From contig CBFDEM010000063.1 in NCBI GenBank assembly GCA_965603825.1, forward strand, positions 62,001 to 126,000: a DNA stretch of 64,000 bases. Reading direction: 5' to 3'. Below, one piece after another: positions 36,228 through 47,750 of this stretch. This DNA is from Blepharisma stoltei ATCC 30299. Taxonomy: Eukaryota > Protista > Ciliophora. Positions within the stretch are counted from its first letter, which is position 1. Each line of letters begins with the position of its first letter. The position numbers and the translations under genes were made by a program. Under the pieces are notes generated by a model. It was not told the DNA's origin and made no database searches. It saw only the letters and a program-made list of their open reading frames with translations.

Positions 36228-39200
36228 TTATATACTTAAAACTGCAAAATCATTTAACTTTTCTCCATTTTCTAGTCTCTTAATTTTTTCTTCAAGCTCC
36301 TTAATAATTCTTTCTTTTTCAATGAAGTCCTCTTCATACTTTTCTATAATATTTTTATAGTCCTCTGCCAATGGTGCTTCAGGCTTAATTTTAATCGAAG
36401 AATCAAAACTTGATGCATTAAACAAACTTTCATCGCCAAATACAAATGATGAGGATTCTTCATAAATTTCTGGGATTTCTTTAATTATTTTTGGAGGACT
36501 TATGTAAGCTTCCAAGGAATCTACAGCAGGGAATTGGGCAGGTTTATCATACTTTGGGCTTCCAACTAGCATTCTCAATTTAAACTCAGAAAATGCTTGC
36601 TTTATTAAATCAATAACGGCGCCTTGGTCTGATTCTGTTAAATGAGGCTCAATTTTATCAAAAAATCGCTTCAGTCTTTTATTTTCAATTCTTATAATTT
36701 CATTTTCTTTTTTTAAATTGGAAATACTAGCTGAAAGTTCTTCATGTAAAAATTCATCATGGCTTTGGGCTTCTTCTGTCTTCTCTTCAGGCAAAACTCC
36801 AGCTTTTTCTTTAAATCCTGCATATTCTGATTTAACTTTTTGAAGCTCAGAATTAGATATCATTAATTCTTTTGCGATTGAGTCTATAATTTTTTCCATT
36901 TGTGCTTTTTCAAACTCCAAGCCACTCACTTTTTTCTGAAATTCATTGACTTGGCCAGCAATTTCTTTTATTTGCCCATTAAAACTTTCCTTGACTTTTT
37001 CTGTTTCTTCGTGGTTTTTTATTTCTTCTTGCAATTTATTTTCAAGCTCCATATTTTTAAATTGGAGTTTTTCTAACTCGTCTTTTAGGTTTCCGTCTGG
37101 GTTTTCACTTGTAAAAATATTTATTTTATTTTTTAATTTTGCGTTTTCTTCAATTAAATTTGACACCTGTTTCGATTTATTTTCTAAAGAAGCTTTCATC
37201 AGCCTTTCTCTGCTTTCGTATTTTGTGTTGATTTCATCAAATTGTTGCCTGAGCTTATCAGCTTCTTCTTCATGGACTTGTCCAGCTTTTTGCATTTCAT
37301 TGGTTAGGCGAATATTCTCTTGAACAAGCTCATCAAATTTTTGCTGAAATTCTGAAATCCCTTCTGTTACAGATTTTAATTCTTCTAATTCATCTTGTTG
37401 CTTATTGCATTGGATTAGTAATTTATCTCTTGTTTCTAATAGTTTTGTTTTTTCTGCTTCGATTAATGCTTTATTTTTGTTTAAATCATCTTTTTCTGAG
37501 AGTAATTTTTCATAGTCAGATGATAATTTTTTCATTACGAAATTTAGGTCACTTTTTTCTTTTTCAAGTTTGCTTATTTTTAGCTGGAGGTCTTCAGAGT
37601 TTAATTTATTTATAATTAAAGTGAGATCTGATTTTTCTTTTTCAAGCTTGGCGATTTTTTGAGGAAAATCTTCAGATGAGAATTTTTTTATTATTAAGCT
37701 GAGCTCGAAATTTTCTTTTTCTAGTTTTTCTACCTTTTGAGGGAATTTTTGAGCTGAAAATCTATTGATTATGGCATTTAAATCAGCTTTTTCTTTTTCA
37801 AGATTTTCAATTTTTTGCTGAGTCTCTAGTGATCCCATTTCTGATTTTGAGCTATTTTCCAGCTGATTTTTTGAGTCTTCAAATTGCTTTTTCATGCTAT
37901 TTATTTGAAGTCTCAAACTGTTATTCTCTGCTTCAAGGCCAATAGCTTTTTCTTTTAATTTCATGCTTAAGGCAGAGCTGCTATTCTTAGCAGACCACGC
38001 AGCTTTTATGCTTAAGAATTTTGAAATCAGCAAATTCGGAGACACAAGTAACTTTTCACTCCTTGCTAATATTTGTTTCAATTGATTTTCTAAGCTATTT
38101 TGAAAGAATAAAATTTGATTTTGTATTTGATTCATTGCATTTTTGTTGGGAATTAAATTTTTTAGTTCTTTTAATTTTTGTTTTTGTTTGGAAATTTTTA
38201 TTAAAAGCACTTTTGAGCTGTCTTCTTCTGGAGATCCAGTTACAACATCATTTTCAATCAAAAGTTCGTTTTTTTCAAATTCTAAAATTCCAAGCCTTTC
38301 TCTAATTTCAAAAACTTCATCCGATAATTGTTTATTTAGTTTTTCAGAGTTTTGAAGCTTTAACTCCAATTCTTGGTTCGATCTCAATCGTTCTTCTAGA
38401 TCTTTATTTCTTTTTTCTGAACTTTGCATTGCAATACTAAGCTCTTGAATTTGCTTTAGAAGCTCATCTTGGAGCTTTCCCTTTTTCTCATAATTTTGTA
38501 GCCTTGCTTCAATTTCCCCATTTATTTTCTGGAGATTCTCAAACTCTTTAACTATTTTTTCATAATTTTCAATTCTTGTTTCCAATTCTTGATCTTGTTT
38601 TTTATCTTTTTCAGCAATTTTCGATTTATTTTCCAAATCTTTGATCTTTTTTTGGGCTTCTTCATTTGTGTGTGTTAAATTTCTGATTTTTTCTTCATTT
38701 TCTTCAAATTTATTTTCAAATTCTTTTTTATCCTTGACGAGCTTTCTAATTTCGTCTTTTGAGTCAAAAAGTTCTTTTTTTACCTTCATAAGCAGTTTAT
38801 TCATTTCTCTATTTTCTTCTTCTAATTTTTCAGTTTTTTCTGCAAGCAGCTTAGAAAGATCTTCAATTCCTAGCCTTTCTTCATTCAGTGTTTTGATTCT
38901 TTCTTCTGCTTGTTGTAGCTTTTTTGTTATTGCATCCTTTTCTTTTAATATCGGCTCAATTTCTTCACTTCTAGGCTCAAATGATAATTTTTGATTTTCT
39001 ACTCTTTCAATTTCAGCTAACCTGTCTATAAGTCTTTTGTTTTCTTGATTTGCTTGTGTGAGTTTCTTAGTAAGTGCTTCTTTTTCTTTGCTAAGTAAAT
39101 TAATTTCTTCTGAAGAATAACTAAGCGTTTCTTTTTCCTTCTCAACCTGCTGAAGCAATGACAATTTTTCCCCAAGCTCCATTTCTAAAGATTTAATTCT

Positions 39201-41615
39201 TTTTTCACAGCGATTTTTTACGCTCATTTTTTCTTGTGCTGATTTTTCCAACTGTGCTTTCTCTTTTAGCAGTTTTTCGCAAACATCTTTTTTCTCGTCA
39301 AGCTCTTTACTAATTTCATTAATTGTTTTTTCATATTTCTCTTTTAAGCTTTGGATTGCTTTATTTTTTCCATCAATTTCTTTAGCCATTTGGTCGCCTT
39401 TTACCTTAAGTTCATTTCTTAATTTTTCTACTTGACTGTTTTGTTCATTAATTGCTGCTTTATTAGCAATTCCTCTTATATCAAGCGAAAACACTTTTTT
39501 TATTCCTGATTTTTTTACTACGATAGGCTGTGGTTTTACTTCAGACTGAGAGTTTTGTGTCTCGATCCTTTGGATGATTTCTTCATACTGTTTAATCCCA
39601 TCCATAAGTTCCACTATTTGTTTCATTAAATCCTTATTTTCAGCTTCCAACATCATAACTCTTCCTTTCGAGCTTTGTGAGTCTTCAAAAAGTTTGTTCT
39701 TTTCAGCTTCTAAAGATTTTTTTTCTTTTTCCCATTTTCTTTTCTCTTTTTGTAGGTCATTCATATCTTTTTCTAAAGAATTAATTTTTTGGGATACAGC
39801 TGAACTGTCAGCACTTTGGAAAGATTTTTCCATTTCATTGGCTTCGCCTAGGGTTGCTGCTATGGTTTTCTTTCTTACTCCGCCAATTCTTGAAGGTCTT
39901 TCTTCTATTTGTGTTTTTATGTTTGTTATTTCGTCTTCTTTATGCTTGAGTTTGTGTTCAAAAGTTTCTTTGGAGGCAGAAATTATTTTTTCTTTTTCTG
40001 ATAATGATTTTTCTAGCTCTTTTACCTTATTTTTAGCAAATTTTAATTCTGATATGTAATCATTGATAATTCTTTCTTTTTCTGTGAGTTGGTGGCTTAA
40101 TTCTTCAATGACCTGTTGGGATTTATAAGGCTGCTCTATATATATACAACCAATTTGCATTAAACTTAGCGTAGGCTTCTTTTTTCTTTCTTCTTCAATA
40201 TCAACAATTTGTTTTTGAAGGCTTTCTATATTAATTTTTAGCTCAAAAATCTCTTTCTCCTTCATTGCTATTTTTTCTTCAGCGTCTTTCATCTCAAAAG
40301 TATGTCTATTAGTGAGATCATTTTCTCCTTTTTGTCTATTTTCTTCAAAAGAGCTTAATTCTTTTCTATAAAACTCAATTTGGCTTTCCAGTACATTATT
40401 CGTCCCATTAAGCTTCACTATTTTACTTTGCAATTCTTCCATATCAGCAGACAATCTTTTAGCATATTTCATCTCTTTTTGGAATTTTTCATTAATTTGG
40501 TTCCTTTGGAGAATCAAGTTATCCTTTTCTTCTACCAAGCTTTTATTAGCTTCTACAAGTATCTTATACTCAATCATCATATTTTCTCCAGCTGAAAAAT
40601 ATTCTTTTTTAATTTGATCTAGCTGATGTTTTTGCATGATGAAAATATTTTTAAATTCTTTATTTTCATTTTTCAAGCTTTCTTTTTCCTGCTTTAAAAT
40701 CCTTATTGCCTGCTCAGATTCTTCTAGCTTTGTGTGAAGATCTTCTACAGTTTGTGCATGATTATAAGCTAGCTGCTCTACCTCTTGCTTCTTTTTTGAT
40801 AATTCTTGGATTAATCTGTCTGGAGATTTTCGTCTTCTGCTTGATTTTTCATTTTGTCCTGCAAGCTCAGAAATCACGCTTTCTAATTCTAATTTTTCTT
40901 CATAAAACGCATTTAATGATTTTTTTACTGCAGGGTCATTCGTATCAAGCTGTCCATGCAATTGTGCACCTTTCATTGTAAAACTTTTCAGTGCTCTCCC
41001 TATCCTTCTCATTTTACTTTTGACGCTAGTTAAATAGCTTTCCATTTCTTGGCTTTCCTTTAAGTGATTTTCTTTCCACGCTTTATAAGCATCTCTTTCT
41101 CTCGTAACTAAAACCAGTTTTTCTTTCAATATATCAGCCTCTTTTTGAAATTCCTGAGACTTCCAATCAACTGGCTCACTAGGAGATCGGAGTATTGGAG
41201 AAATCAATAAACTCCCGCTCATCTGTTTTGCTGCTTCATGCGTAGAGTCTTCTGATTCATTAGAATTCGTCCCTTTCAGCAAAGAAATGTCAATATTATA
41301 GTTGGTTAACTGGTCTTTTATGCTTTGCAGATTATAATCATGCTGTTCTTTAAGTTTTTCGATTTTTTCAGAGAGGGCGTAGAAGTCGTCTTCTCTAGAA
41401 ATAAGTTTAGTAGAGAGCTCAGCCACTTTAACTTGGTATTGCTTTACAGATTCCGTTGATTTTTTAAGCTCTTCTTGGATTAATTGTAGCTCTATATCTT
41501 TGCGATGAAGCTCTTCTTGGAGATCTCTTACTTGGGATCGAGAAGTTAGGCTTGTTGGGGATTTTATGTATCTTCCATTGTATTTTGGGTCGAGGCCTAT
41601 GGAATCTGCACTCAT
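36228..41615 (-). CDS. Giant coiled-coil protein (1795 aa)
   Basis: Uninterrupted E/K/L/Q-rich heptad ORF. Confidence 0.85.
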   Translation of the reverse strand: MSADSIGLDPKYNGRYIKSPTSLTSRSQVRDLQEELHRKDIELQLIQEELKKSTESVKQYQVKVAELSTKLISREDDFYALSEKIEKLKEQHDYNLQSIKDQLTNYNIDISLLKGTNSNESEDSTHEAAKQMSGSLLISPILRSPSEPVDWKSQEFQKEADILKEKLVLVTRERDAYKAWKENHLKESQEMESYLTSVKSKMRRIGRALKSFTMKGAQLHGQLDTNDPAVKKSLNAFYEEKLELESVISELAGQNEKSSRRRKSPDRLIQELSKKKQEVEQLAYNHAQTVEDLHTKLEESEQAIRILKQEKESLKNENKEFKNIFIMQKHQLDQIKKEYFSAGENMMIEYKILVEANKSLVEEKDNLILQRNQINEKFQKEMKYAKRLSADMEELQSKIVKLNGTNNVLESQIEFYRKELSSFEENRQKGENDLTNRHTFEMKDAEEKIAMKEKEIFELKINIESLQKQIVDIEEERKKKPTLSLMQIGCIYIEQPYKSQQVIEELSHQLTEKERIINDYISELKFAKNKVKELEKSLSEKEKIISASKETFEHKLKHKEDEITNIKTQIEERPSRIGGVRKKTIAATLGEANEMEKSFQSADSSAVSQKINSLEKDMNDLQKEKRKWEKEKKSLEAEKNKLFEDSQSSKGRVMMLEAENKDLMKQIVELMDGIKQYEEIIQRIETQNSQSEVKPQPIVVKKSGIKKVFSLDIRGIANKAAINEQNSQVEKLRNELKVKGDQMAKEIDGKNKAIQSLKEKYEKTINEISKELDEKKDVCEKLLKEKAQLEKSAQEKMSVKNRCEKRIKSLEMELGEKLSLLQQVEKEKETLSYSSEEINLLSKEKEALTKKLTQANQENKRLIDRLAEIERVENQKLSFEPRSEEIEPILKEKDAITKKLQQAEERIKTLNEERLGIEDLSKLLAEKTEKLEEENREMNKLLMKVKKELFDSKDEIRKLVKDKKEFENKFEENEEKIRNLTHTNEEAQKKIKDLENKSKIAEKDKKQDQELETRIENYEKIVKEFENLQKINGEIEARLQNYEKKGKLQDELLKQIQELSIAMQSSEKRNKDLEERLRSNQELELKLQNSEKLNKQLSDEVFEIRERLGILEFEKNELLIENDVVTGSPEEDSSKVLLIKISKQKQKLKELKNLIPNKNAMNQIQNQILFFQNSLENQLKQILARSEKLLVSPNLLISKFLSIKAAWSAKNSSSALSMKLKEKAIGLEAENNSLRLQINSMKKQFEDSKNQLENSSKSEMGSLETQQKIENLEKEKADLNAIINRFSAQKFPQKVEKLEKENFELSLIIKKFSSEDFPQKIAKLEKEKSDLTLIINKLNSEDLQLKISKLEKEKSDLNFVMKKLSSDYEKLLSEKDDLNKNKALIEAEKTKLLETRDKLLIQCNKQQDELEELKSVTEGISEFQQKFDELVQENIRLTNEMQKAGQVHEEEADKLRQQFDEINTKYESRERLMKASLENKSKQVSNLIEENAKLKNKINIFTSENPDGNLKDELEKLQFKNMELENKLQEEIKNHEETEKVKESFNGQIKEIAGQVNEFQKKVSGLEFEKAQMEKIIDSIAKELMISNSELQKVKSEYAGFKEKAGVLPEEKTEEAQSHDEFLHEELSASISNLKKENEIIRIENKRLKRFFDKIEPHLTESDQGAVIDLIKQAFSEFKLRMLVGSPKYDKPAQFPAVDSLEAYISPPKIIKEIPEIYEESSSFVFGDESLFNASSFDSSIKIKPEAPLAEDYKNIIEKYEEDFIEKERIIKELEEKIKRLENGEKLNDFAVLSI
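37512..37817 (-). repeat. Four ~78-bp (26-aa) internal coding repeats (QKI.KLEKEK.DL..II.K.S...F.)
   Basis: Visible in the translation of the 1795-aa ORF. Confidence 0.75.
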
Positions 41616-41887
41616 TAGTTAATTAATTTATTGGGTAATTATGATTTTTTAGATAAAAGAAATTGATGAAAAATATATGTGATAGTGAGAGAAATATTAG
41701 AAAACAATAATTTATAGTGAAAAGTAGATTTATGCTGAAATATAAGCAAATTAAAGTGGCTCCGATATTGAAATATGATTTTTAGTTTTAAAGGAAATTT
41801 TACAGATAAAAATTCTCAAAAAGGCCAGTCAAAGATAAAGATTTAGATTTGTGAGATTTATATAGAGAATTACTAAAAAAAAACGAA

Positions 41888-42406
41888 TTATCCAATTAAT
41901 AGCTTGATTTGCCGATAAAGAAACTTTCCGTAGTTTTCTTGATTTGGATCAAGGCCTAAGCCAATCAAATAATTAACATGCTCCAAAATCCCATGAAATC
42001 CTGTTCTAAACGGTTTTGCCTGAAGATCATGATGAAGTTCTATGTTGCTTCTATCAAAATTCAACACTTTTTCGATAGACTCTTTATTCCCTAACTGAAT
42101 CAAGGCTCAGTTTTCATGTATTTCAATAGTCATTATAAGTTCTTCAGACGTTTCAAGATCCATGCCTATAATTTCAACAATTGAGTGCTTAGAAGTTTCA
42201 TTGTTTTTTAAAATTGATGAGCAATTTAACTGTGTCGGCGTACAATCAGGGGTTGTAGAAATCAATTCTTGGACTGAACCACATTTTCTATTAGATTTTG
42301 AGTAGTCAATAAAAATTAAGTTGCCTATCTTGACTGGGTTATAGTCAAGAGTTTCGTTTTCTTGAATAAGACAAGGCTGCTCTCGCTTTACACAATGGTT
42401 TCCCAT
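41888..42406 (-). CDS. Small protein with predicted N-acylation (MGNHC) and a degenerate ankyrin-like C-terminus; TGA(42107-42109)=Trp
   Basis: Two ORFs in one frame joined by TGA; HGILEHVNYLIGLGLDPN is ankyrin-like. Confidence 0.6.
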
Positions 42407-42694
42407 GGATTATTATTTATTTGTGCGGAAAACGAATTTCATTTATTTTAAAAATTAATTTTAATAGACAAATTTAAGTGAAAATATTATAAAAATAGAG
42501 ATTTATAATTAAATAATTCAAATTTAATGTTAATTATCTATTTTGTATTATAAATACCATTTTAAAAGTTCTGCTTTTATTTATCAAATTTTTATTTTTA
42601 TACTGAATATTTCAAAATTTCAGGATAAATTTTAGCTTAAATTTTATTTACAGTCCGTTATGGCATTAAATCCATTGGAATTTCAGCTATAAAT

Positions 42695-43249
42695 ATGAAA
42701 ACTGAGAATAGATGCCTATCCCCTGGCTACTTTCAGAGCAGCATTGATCCATCTGTATCTACCATGCTCCCCTCTTTGCAATCTCCTGATATCCGAGGGT
42801 CAACAAGCACTTTTACTCCAGAAGTCACAAATTCACCCCAACTTCGTACTTTAGGCCAAAGGCTCCAAGAAAAGTTTAGAAATTTACAAAACGAGTATGG
42901 GAGAGCATCAGAGCCAGCCCCTGAGAGCATCGTCCAAGTTAACCAAAGCAGATTTTCACTCCCAAGTATAATTTCTGGAGAAATCCATGAGGCAAAATTT
43001 ATTGACGAAAACAGTGAAATTGATGCGTATGAGGTGGATTTGGATCGACCATTATTGAGATGGTGCGCATATTGCAATGCAGAGACAACGACAAGGTCGG
43101 AGTATTCGAACTCAACAACAGCTTTTTGGTCTGCTGTTGGGATTTTTTTAATGGGAGGAGTTTTTGGATGCTTTATGATACCTTATATGACAAATAAATG
43201 TAAAGACATAAAATATGTTTGTCATAAGTGTCAGCATACCATCAACTAA
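42695..43249 (+). CDS. LITAF-domain protein
   Basis: CAYC...hydrophobic stretch...CFMIPY...CKD...CHKC. Confidence 0.88.
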   Translation: MKTENRCLSPGYFQSSIDPSVSTMLPSLQSPDIRGSTSTFTPEVTNSPQLRTLGQRLQEKFRNLQNEYGRASEPAPESIVQVNQSRFSLPSIISGEIHEAKFIDENSEIDAYEVDLDRPLLRWCAYCNAETTTRSEYSNSTTAFWSAVGIFLMGGVFGCFMIPYMTNKCKDIKYVCHKCQHTIN

Positions 43250-43465
43250 CTAGTAAATAATTAACTGTGCATAGAGTTTGTATATAACTAAGGTGCCTTT
43301 TGGAAGTATTATAATGCATTTAAATAAGCAGCTTTTTCTTTATATTTTTTGATTATTTAAGATGGAATTATGTAATAAATTAAGTGATTTTCAGAATTTT
43401 CAAAATTGCATCCAAATGATGTATCCAAGCTTCCTGAAATTTAAAAATCACTTAGGGGGCCTATA

Positions 43466-43951
43466 ATGGTTAGTAGAAATTCTATAGTATTAGGAAGACT
43501 TCAAGAAGAACGCAAACTTTGGAGACGTGACCATCCCCACGGCTTTTTCGCGAAACCTATTTCTACAGGCGAAGGCTCTTGTAATCTTATGAAATGGGAA
43601 TGTGGGATTCCTGGCAAAGCAAACACACCCTGGGAAGGCGGAGTCTACAAGCTCTCTATGGACTTTACTGACGAATACCCAGCCAAACCGCCTAAATGCA
43701 AATTTGAGCCAGTTTTATTCCACCCAAACGTTTACCCTTCAGGCACAGTATGTCTAAGTATTCTCAATGAAGATCAAGACTGAAGACCAAGCATCACAAT
43801 AAAGCAAATTTTAATAGGAATCCAAGATTTACTAGACAATCCTAACCCACAAAGCCCAGCCCAAGCTGAACCTTATAACCTCTATATGAGAGACAGAAAT
43901 GAGTATACAAAGCGGGTGCGGCGACAAGCTTTAGAAATGGTCCCAAAATAG
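43466..43951 (+). CDS. UBC9: SUMO-conjugating E2 enzyme Ubc9; TGA(43781-43783)=Trp
   Basis: [34 protein letters not shown][W][17 protein letters not shown]; stop TAG at 43949-43951. Confidence 0.96.
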
Positions 43952-43984
43952 GTTTAATTAATTCCGGAATAAATAAAAATTAAA

Positions 43985-46900
43985 TTACAGTTTTTTTCTG
44001 TTTCCAGGCTTTATTAATTGTTTTTTTCTTCTTTTATTTGAGATAGGAGAAGGCTCATCTAAAGATTTTTCATAATGGACTGGGGTGTGCTCTTCTGTAT
44101 TATTCATAGTAGAGCTGGCTAAGCCTGGGGTTAAGTCTAGATCAGAGCATTGGATATTTGAAGAGCTGGTAAGGACGCGGTTTTGGATTTGGTTTATGAC
44201 CTCTATTACTTTATCTCCTACAATTTGAGCAATTTTTAAATGGTTTTCAGGGGTAAATTCAATATTTTCTTTGATTTTTAAAGTTCTTCAAATATGCTCA
44301 AAAGTGCCTTTGCAGGTGATATAAACGATTTCTTGCCTTTGGTTGGCTTCTATAAAGTGATTTAGCTTCTTTTCAGCTTCCATGACGGCTGCATTTAGTT
44401 CTTCAATGTTGTCTCTAATATGCTTATCTTCTTGCTGCTCTTCTTTTTTTTGTAAAAAATTCAGCTTGGCTTCTAAGGCTTCTTTTTGTCCTTGAAGCTC
44501 ATCTAATTTTTCTTCGACGTTAAATCTTGACTGATAAAGCTCTTCATTTCTTTCTAACTGCAAAATCACTGATGTTAAATCCTGTGGGCCATGAATATTT
44601 ACGACATGTTGAAGCCTTTCTATTAGTGTTTCAAATTCTCCTAGTTTTGACTCCAATATTGACTTTAGCCGTGAAATTTTTTTCAGCATTGACTGTCTTT
44701 GCCTTAGCTTGATTTTATAATATCCTTCATGTTTTGGTAACATTGAGTTCGAAATTATTTCATTTCTTTTTTTTTCGCCCATTTGGAGGGTTTCTTGCAC
44801 ATTCGTTTTTAGCATGAATTGTTCAGCGACTCTGTCAATGGTGTGGCTTTGGAAGGTGACTTTGTCTTTATATCAGAGCTGAAACTCGTCTATTTGGTTT
44901 TCCAGGGTTTCTATTTCATGCTCATATTCTTTGGTTTCAACCTCTTCAAGCTGTATAAGAGCTTTCATATTTTCTATGCCTTTTTCTAAGCCTCTTTCTC
45001 ATACGTCGTTTTTAGCTGGGTTTTTAAAGCAGGATGTTACCACTTGTTCAAGTCTCCTGCACTCGACTTCGGTGCGGTTAATTTTTTCAAATATTGTGGC
45101 CATTTTTTTCTGCATGCTGGCAATTTTTGCTTTGACTTCTTCGCCTTCTTTAATTTTGTCTTCAGATTTTGCGATTTGGCTTTTAAGGCCTTCCAGCTTG
45201 ATTTTTTTCATTCTGACTTCATTAACTAGCTTATTATAATATTTTTGAAGCTCATAATTTTCTTTTTTTTTCCTTTGGATTTCATGATTGGAATAATTTG
45301 AGACCTTATTGCCTAATTTTACAAGGATATTAGAAGGGGTCAGGTCTTTAAAAGAAAGGTCAAAATTGTACTCAGAAGAAACTTTGTGATGCTTTATGCG
45401 ACCTGCAGAGCTATGGCGAGACATACTTTTAGGTATCGAAATGTCGTCTGTTAGAGATAGCGCATTAAGCGTGCTATTTAAATTCGCCTGGCTGATTTCT
45501 GGGAAAATCCCTGCAGCTTTTGCATAAGCTTTAACAGTCATACTTTTTGGTGAATCTTTTGGTAGAGATTTATTTGTGGCTTGCTTGCTTAGTGGCTGAT
45601 ATCGTTTACTTAGTTTTAATTTTGACTCTTTTAGTATCCTTAATGACGAAATAGCCATATCATATTCATTTTGGCACGTAATTGCATGATTATCACTACT
45701 GAACATCTTCATAATTTGTGATAAATCTGAATATACATCTAATCCGCATCAAGGAAATTGTATTCAAAGCCACCTTTTATAGTAATAATATTCCAGTTTT
45801 CTCCTTTGGAATCTCAGCTCATGAGGCTCATTTAAAATTTTTTCTTTTAACTGCTGCCTAAATCCTTTGTTTTCGACTGCAAAATTTTCGTCATCTTTTA
45901 ATGGAGGCTGCTGTGTGGGGAAAAATAGGCCATTTAAATTTTCAATCTCATTTAAAAGATTGATTTCTTTAAGCTCGTAATAGCCTTTTAAGTGAGGATG
46001 CCGGAACTCACAACAGTCTGAAGTCTCTAAATCAGCGAATTCTTTAAAAAAGCGACAAAATTGAAGGAGAAGGACAAATAGGTCTTGGTTACTTGGGGAG
46101 TATTGGACGACAAAATGTTCTAGGCTTTTATTGTATTCGACGACTGGGTCGAAGTGCTGCCTTTCTAGCTTTAACCAATAAAAATATAAAGAAAGCCGGT
46201 AGTCTGGGGTAAACATTATTGAAAAGACCTCTAAATCTGATAAAAGGTCTTTAAGCTTCATTCAGTCTTCACACTCATATAAATGATATAAAAGCTCATC
46301 AGAGTTTCGAAGAGTAATTGATTCTTTATCAAGGATTTCGATTATTTCTGTGTGAAAATGCTTGGGAAGAGGAACATATCTTGATAAAATCACTTTTCTG
46401 TAAATATCATTAGAAAAAATATAAAAACCGTCATAGCATACTAAGCAGGATTTGAAAACTGCTAATATTTTTTTGACTGTCTTATGTGATTTCCCAATTT
46501 TACTAAGCTCATCCTCAGACAACCCTGTTCTGCTTAAAGCAATTTGTGCTAAAACATTAAGCAGCGCCCTATCCTTAAAATTATAAGTATCATTAAATTC
46601 TACAATTTTCTCAAAAAGCCTTTCTTTTGTGTTGACTTCCAAAATACTATCATATCTAAAAGGATGCACATTTTCTTCTTTTGGCATCGTAAAATTAAGC
46701 AAAAGCTTCATAAAAAGCGGATTCCCACAGCATTCATGAGCTATATGCAGCCTGAGTTCAGCTATAGTTGGCTGGTATTTTTGAAATAAATCTTCATCAA
46801 GTGCATTAATATACTGGTTAATCATTTCTTTTCTTTTATTTAAGTCAAACGGCTGCAGGTGCAAATGATACCCTGATTTTTGGAGTAAATGATGAAAAGC

Positions 46901-47530
46901 CCTTGTGTCATTATCACATGTGTAAATTAATTTGACAGACCCTGGGACATTTGTAGGGAGCCAATTTGGGGCTTCTTCTTTATTATTGCTGTCCCTGTAT
47001 TTATCGACTCCGTCAATAATAACGACTATACTTTTCCTCATAATTTGAGACTCTTGTTGCCTTGAGTCAGCATTTTCTAATCATAAGGAAAAATAAATCC
47101 TTAATTTGTCCTCTATAATTTCGACTTTTTGAGGAATGTTATAAGCTTTCTATATAAAAAGTACTCGAATTTCGTTGTAAAGCCTATATAAAGTAACAAA
47201 ATAAGCAGAGTCACTAGGAGATAGTTTTGAGAAATGCACTAGTAAGTAATCATTATCTTTTTTATGAGACCTTGTATGGAATTCTATTCATTTTGCGATA
47301 AAAGAACTTTTTCCGCACCCTGAATCGCCAGAAATTAGCAGAGGGGTATTTGTGATGGTTTTTGAGTCTTGATGAAATTCGTCTTTTGTTATCCAAGAAT
47401 CTACCTCTTGGACAAATGCATCAATACCGACTAGAGGACTTTGCTTTAAATGGTCTAGGTATCCTTCATGAAGAGCTCTAAATAGAAACTACTCTGTACG
47501 ACTTTTTAGTGAAGCTGATTTAAAACTCAT
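43985..47530 (-). CDS. STAND/NACHT-like P-loop NTPase (NPHP3/TEP1-type) with a long C-terminal coiled coil (~1171 aa); 15-nt introns 47478-47492 and 47150-47164; several TGA=Trp
   Basis: Walker A LLISGDSGCGKSS; Walker B IVVIIDGVD; WLP, GNPLF and SRTGLSEDEL motifs. Four track ORFs plus the N-terminus join in one frame. Confidence 0.85.
47150..47164 (-). other. 15-nt intron (gtactttttatatag)
   Basis: Contains an in-frame TAG inside the NTPase domain. Confidence 0.85.
47478..47492 (-). other. 15-nt intron (gtagtttctatttag)
   Basis: Removes an in-frame TAG and links to the ATG at 47530. Confidence 0.8.
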
Positions 47531-47750
47531 TTTTAAAGAATTTAAGAGCGGAACTTTGTATTTAATTGGTGTAGGTTTTCAAATAGATCATAATTTATAA
47601 AGGATCAATTTAAAAATTAAATCCTAGCTTAAAAGATCCTTATTTTAATCATAAAAATCTATTTACTGATTATATTTGCATGCTCTTATTACTAGGTATT
47701 CTGTTTCATATTTTTTTTAATTTATTCCCTATATTAATTTAAGACTAAGT

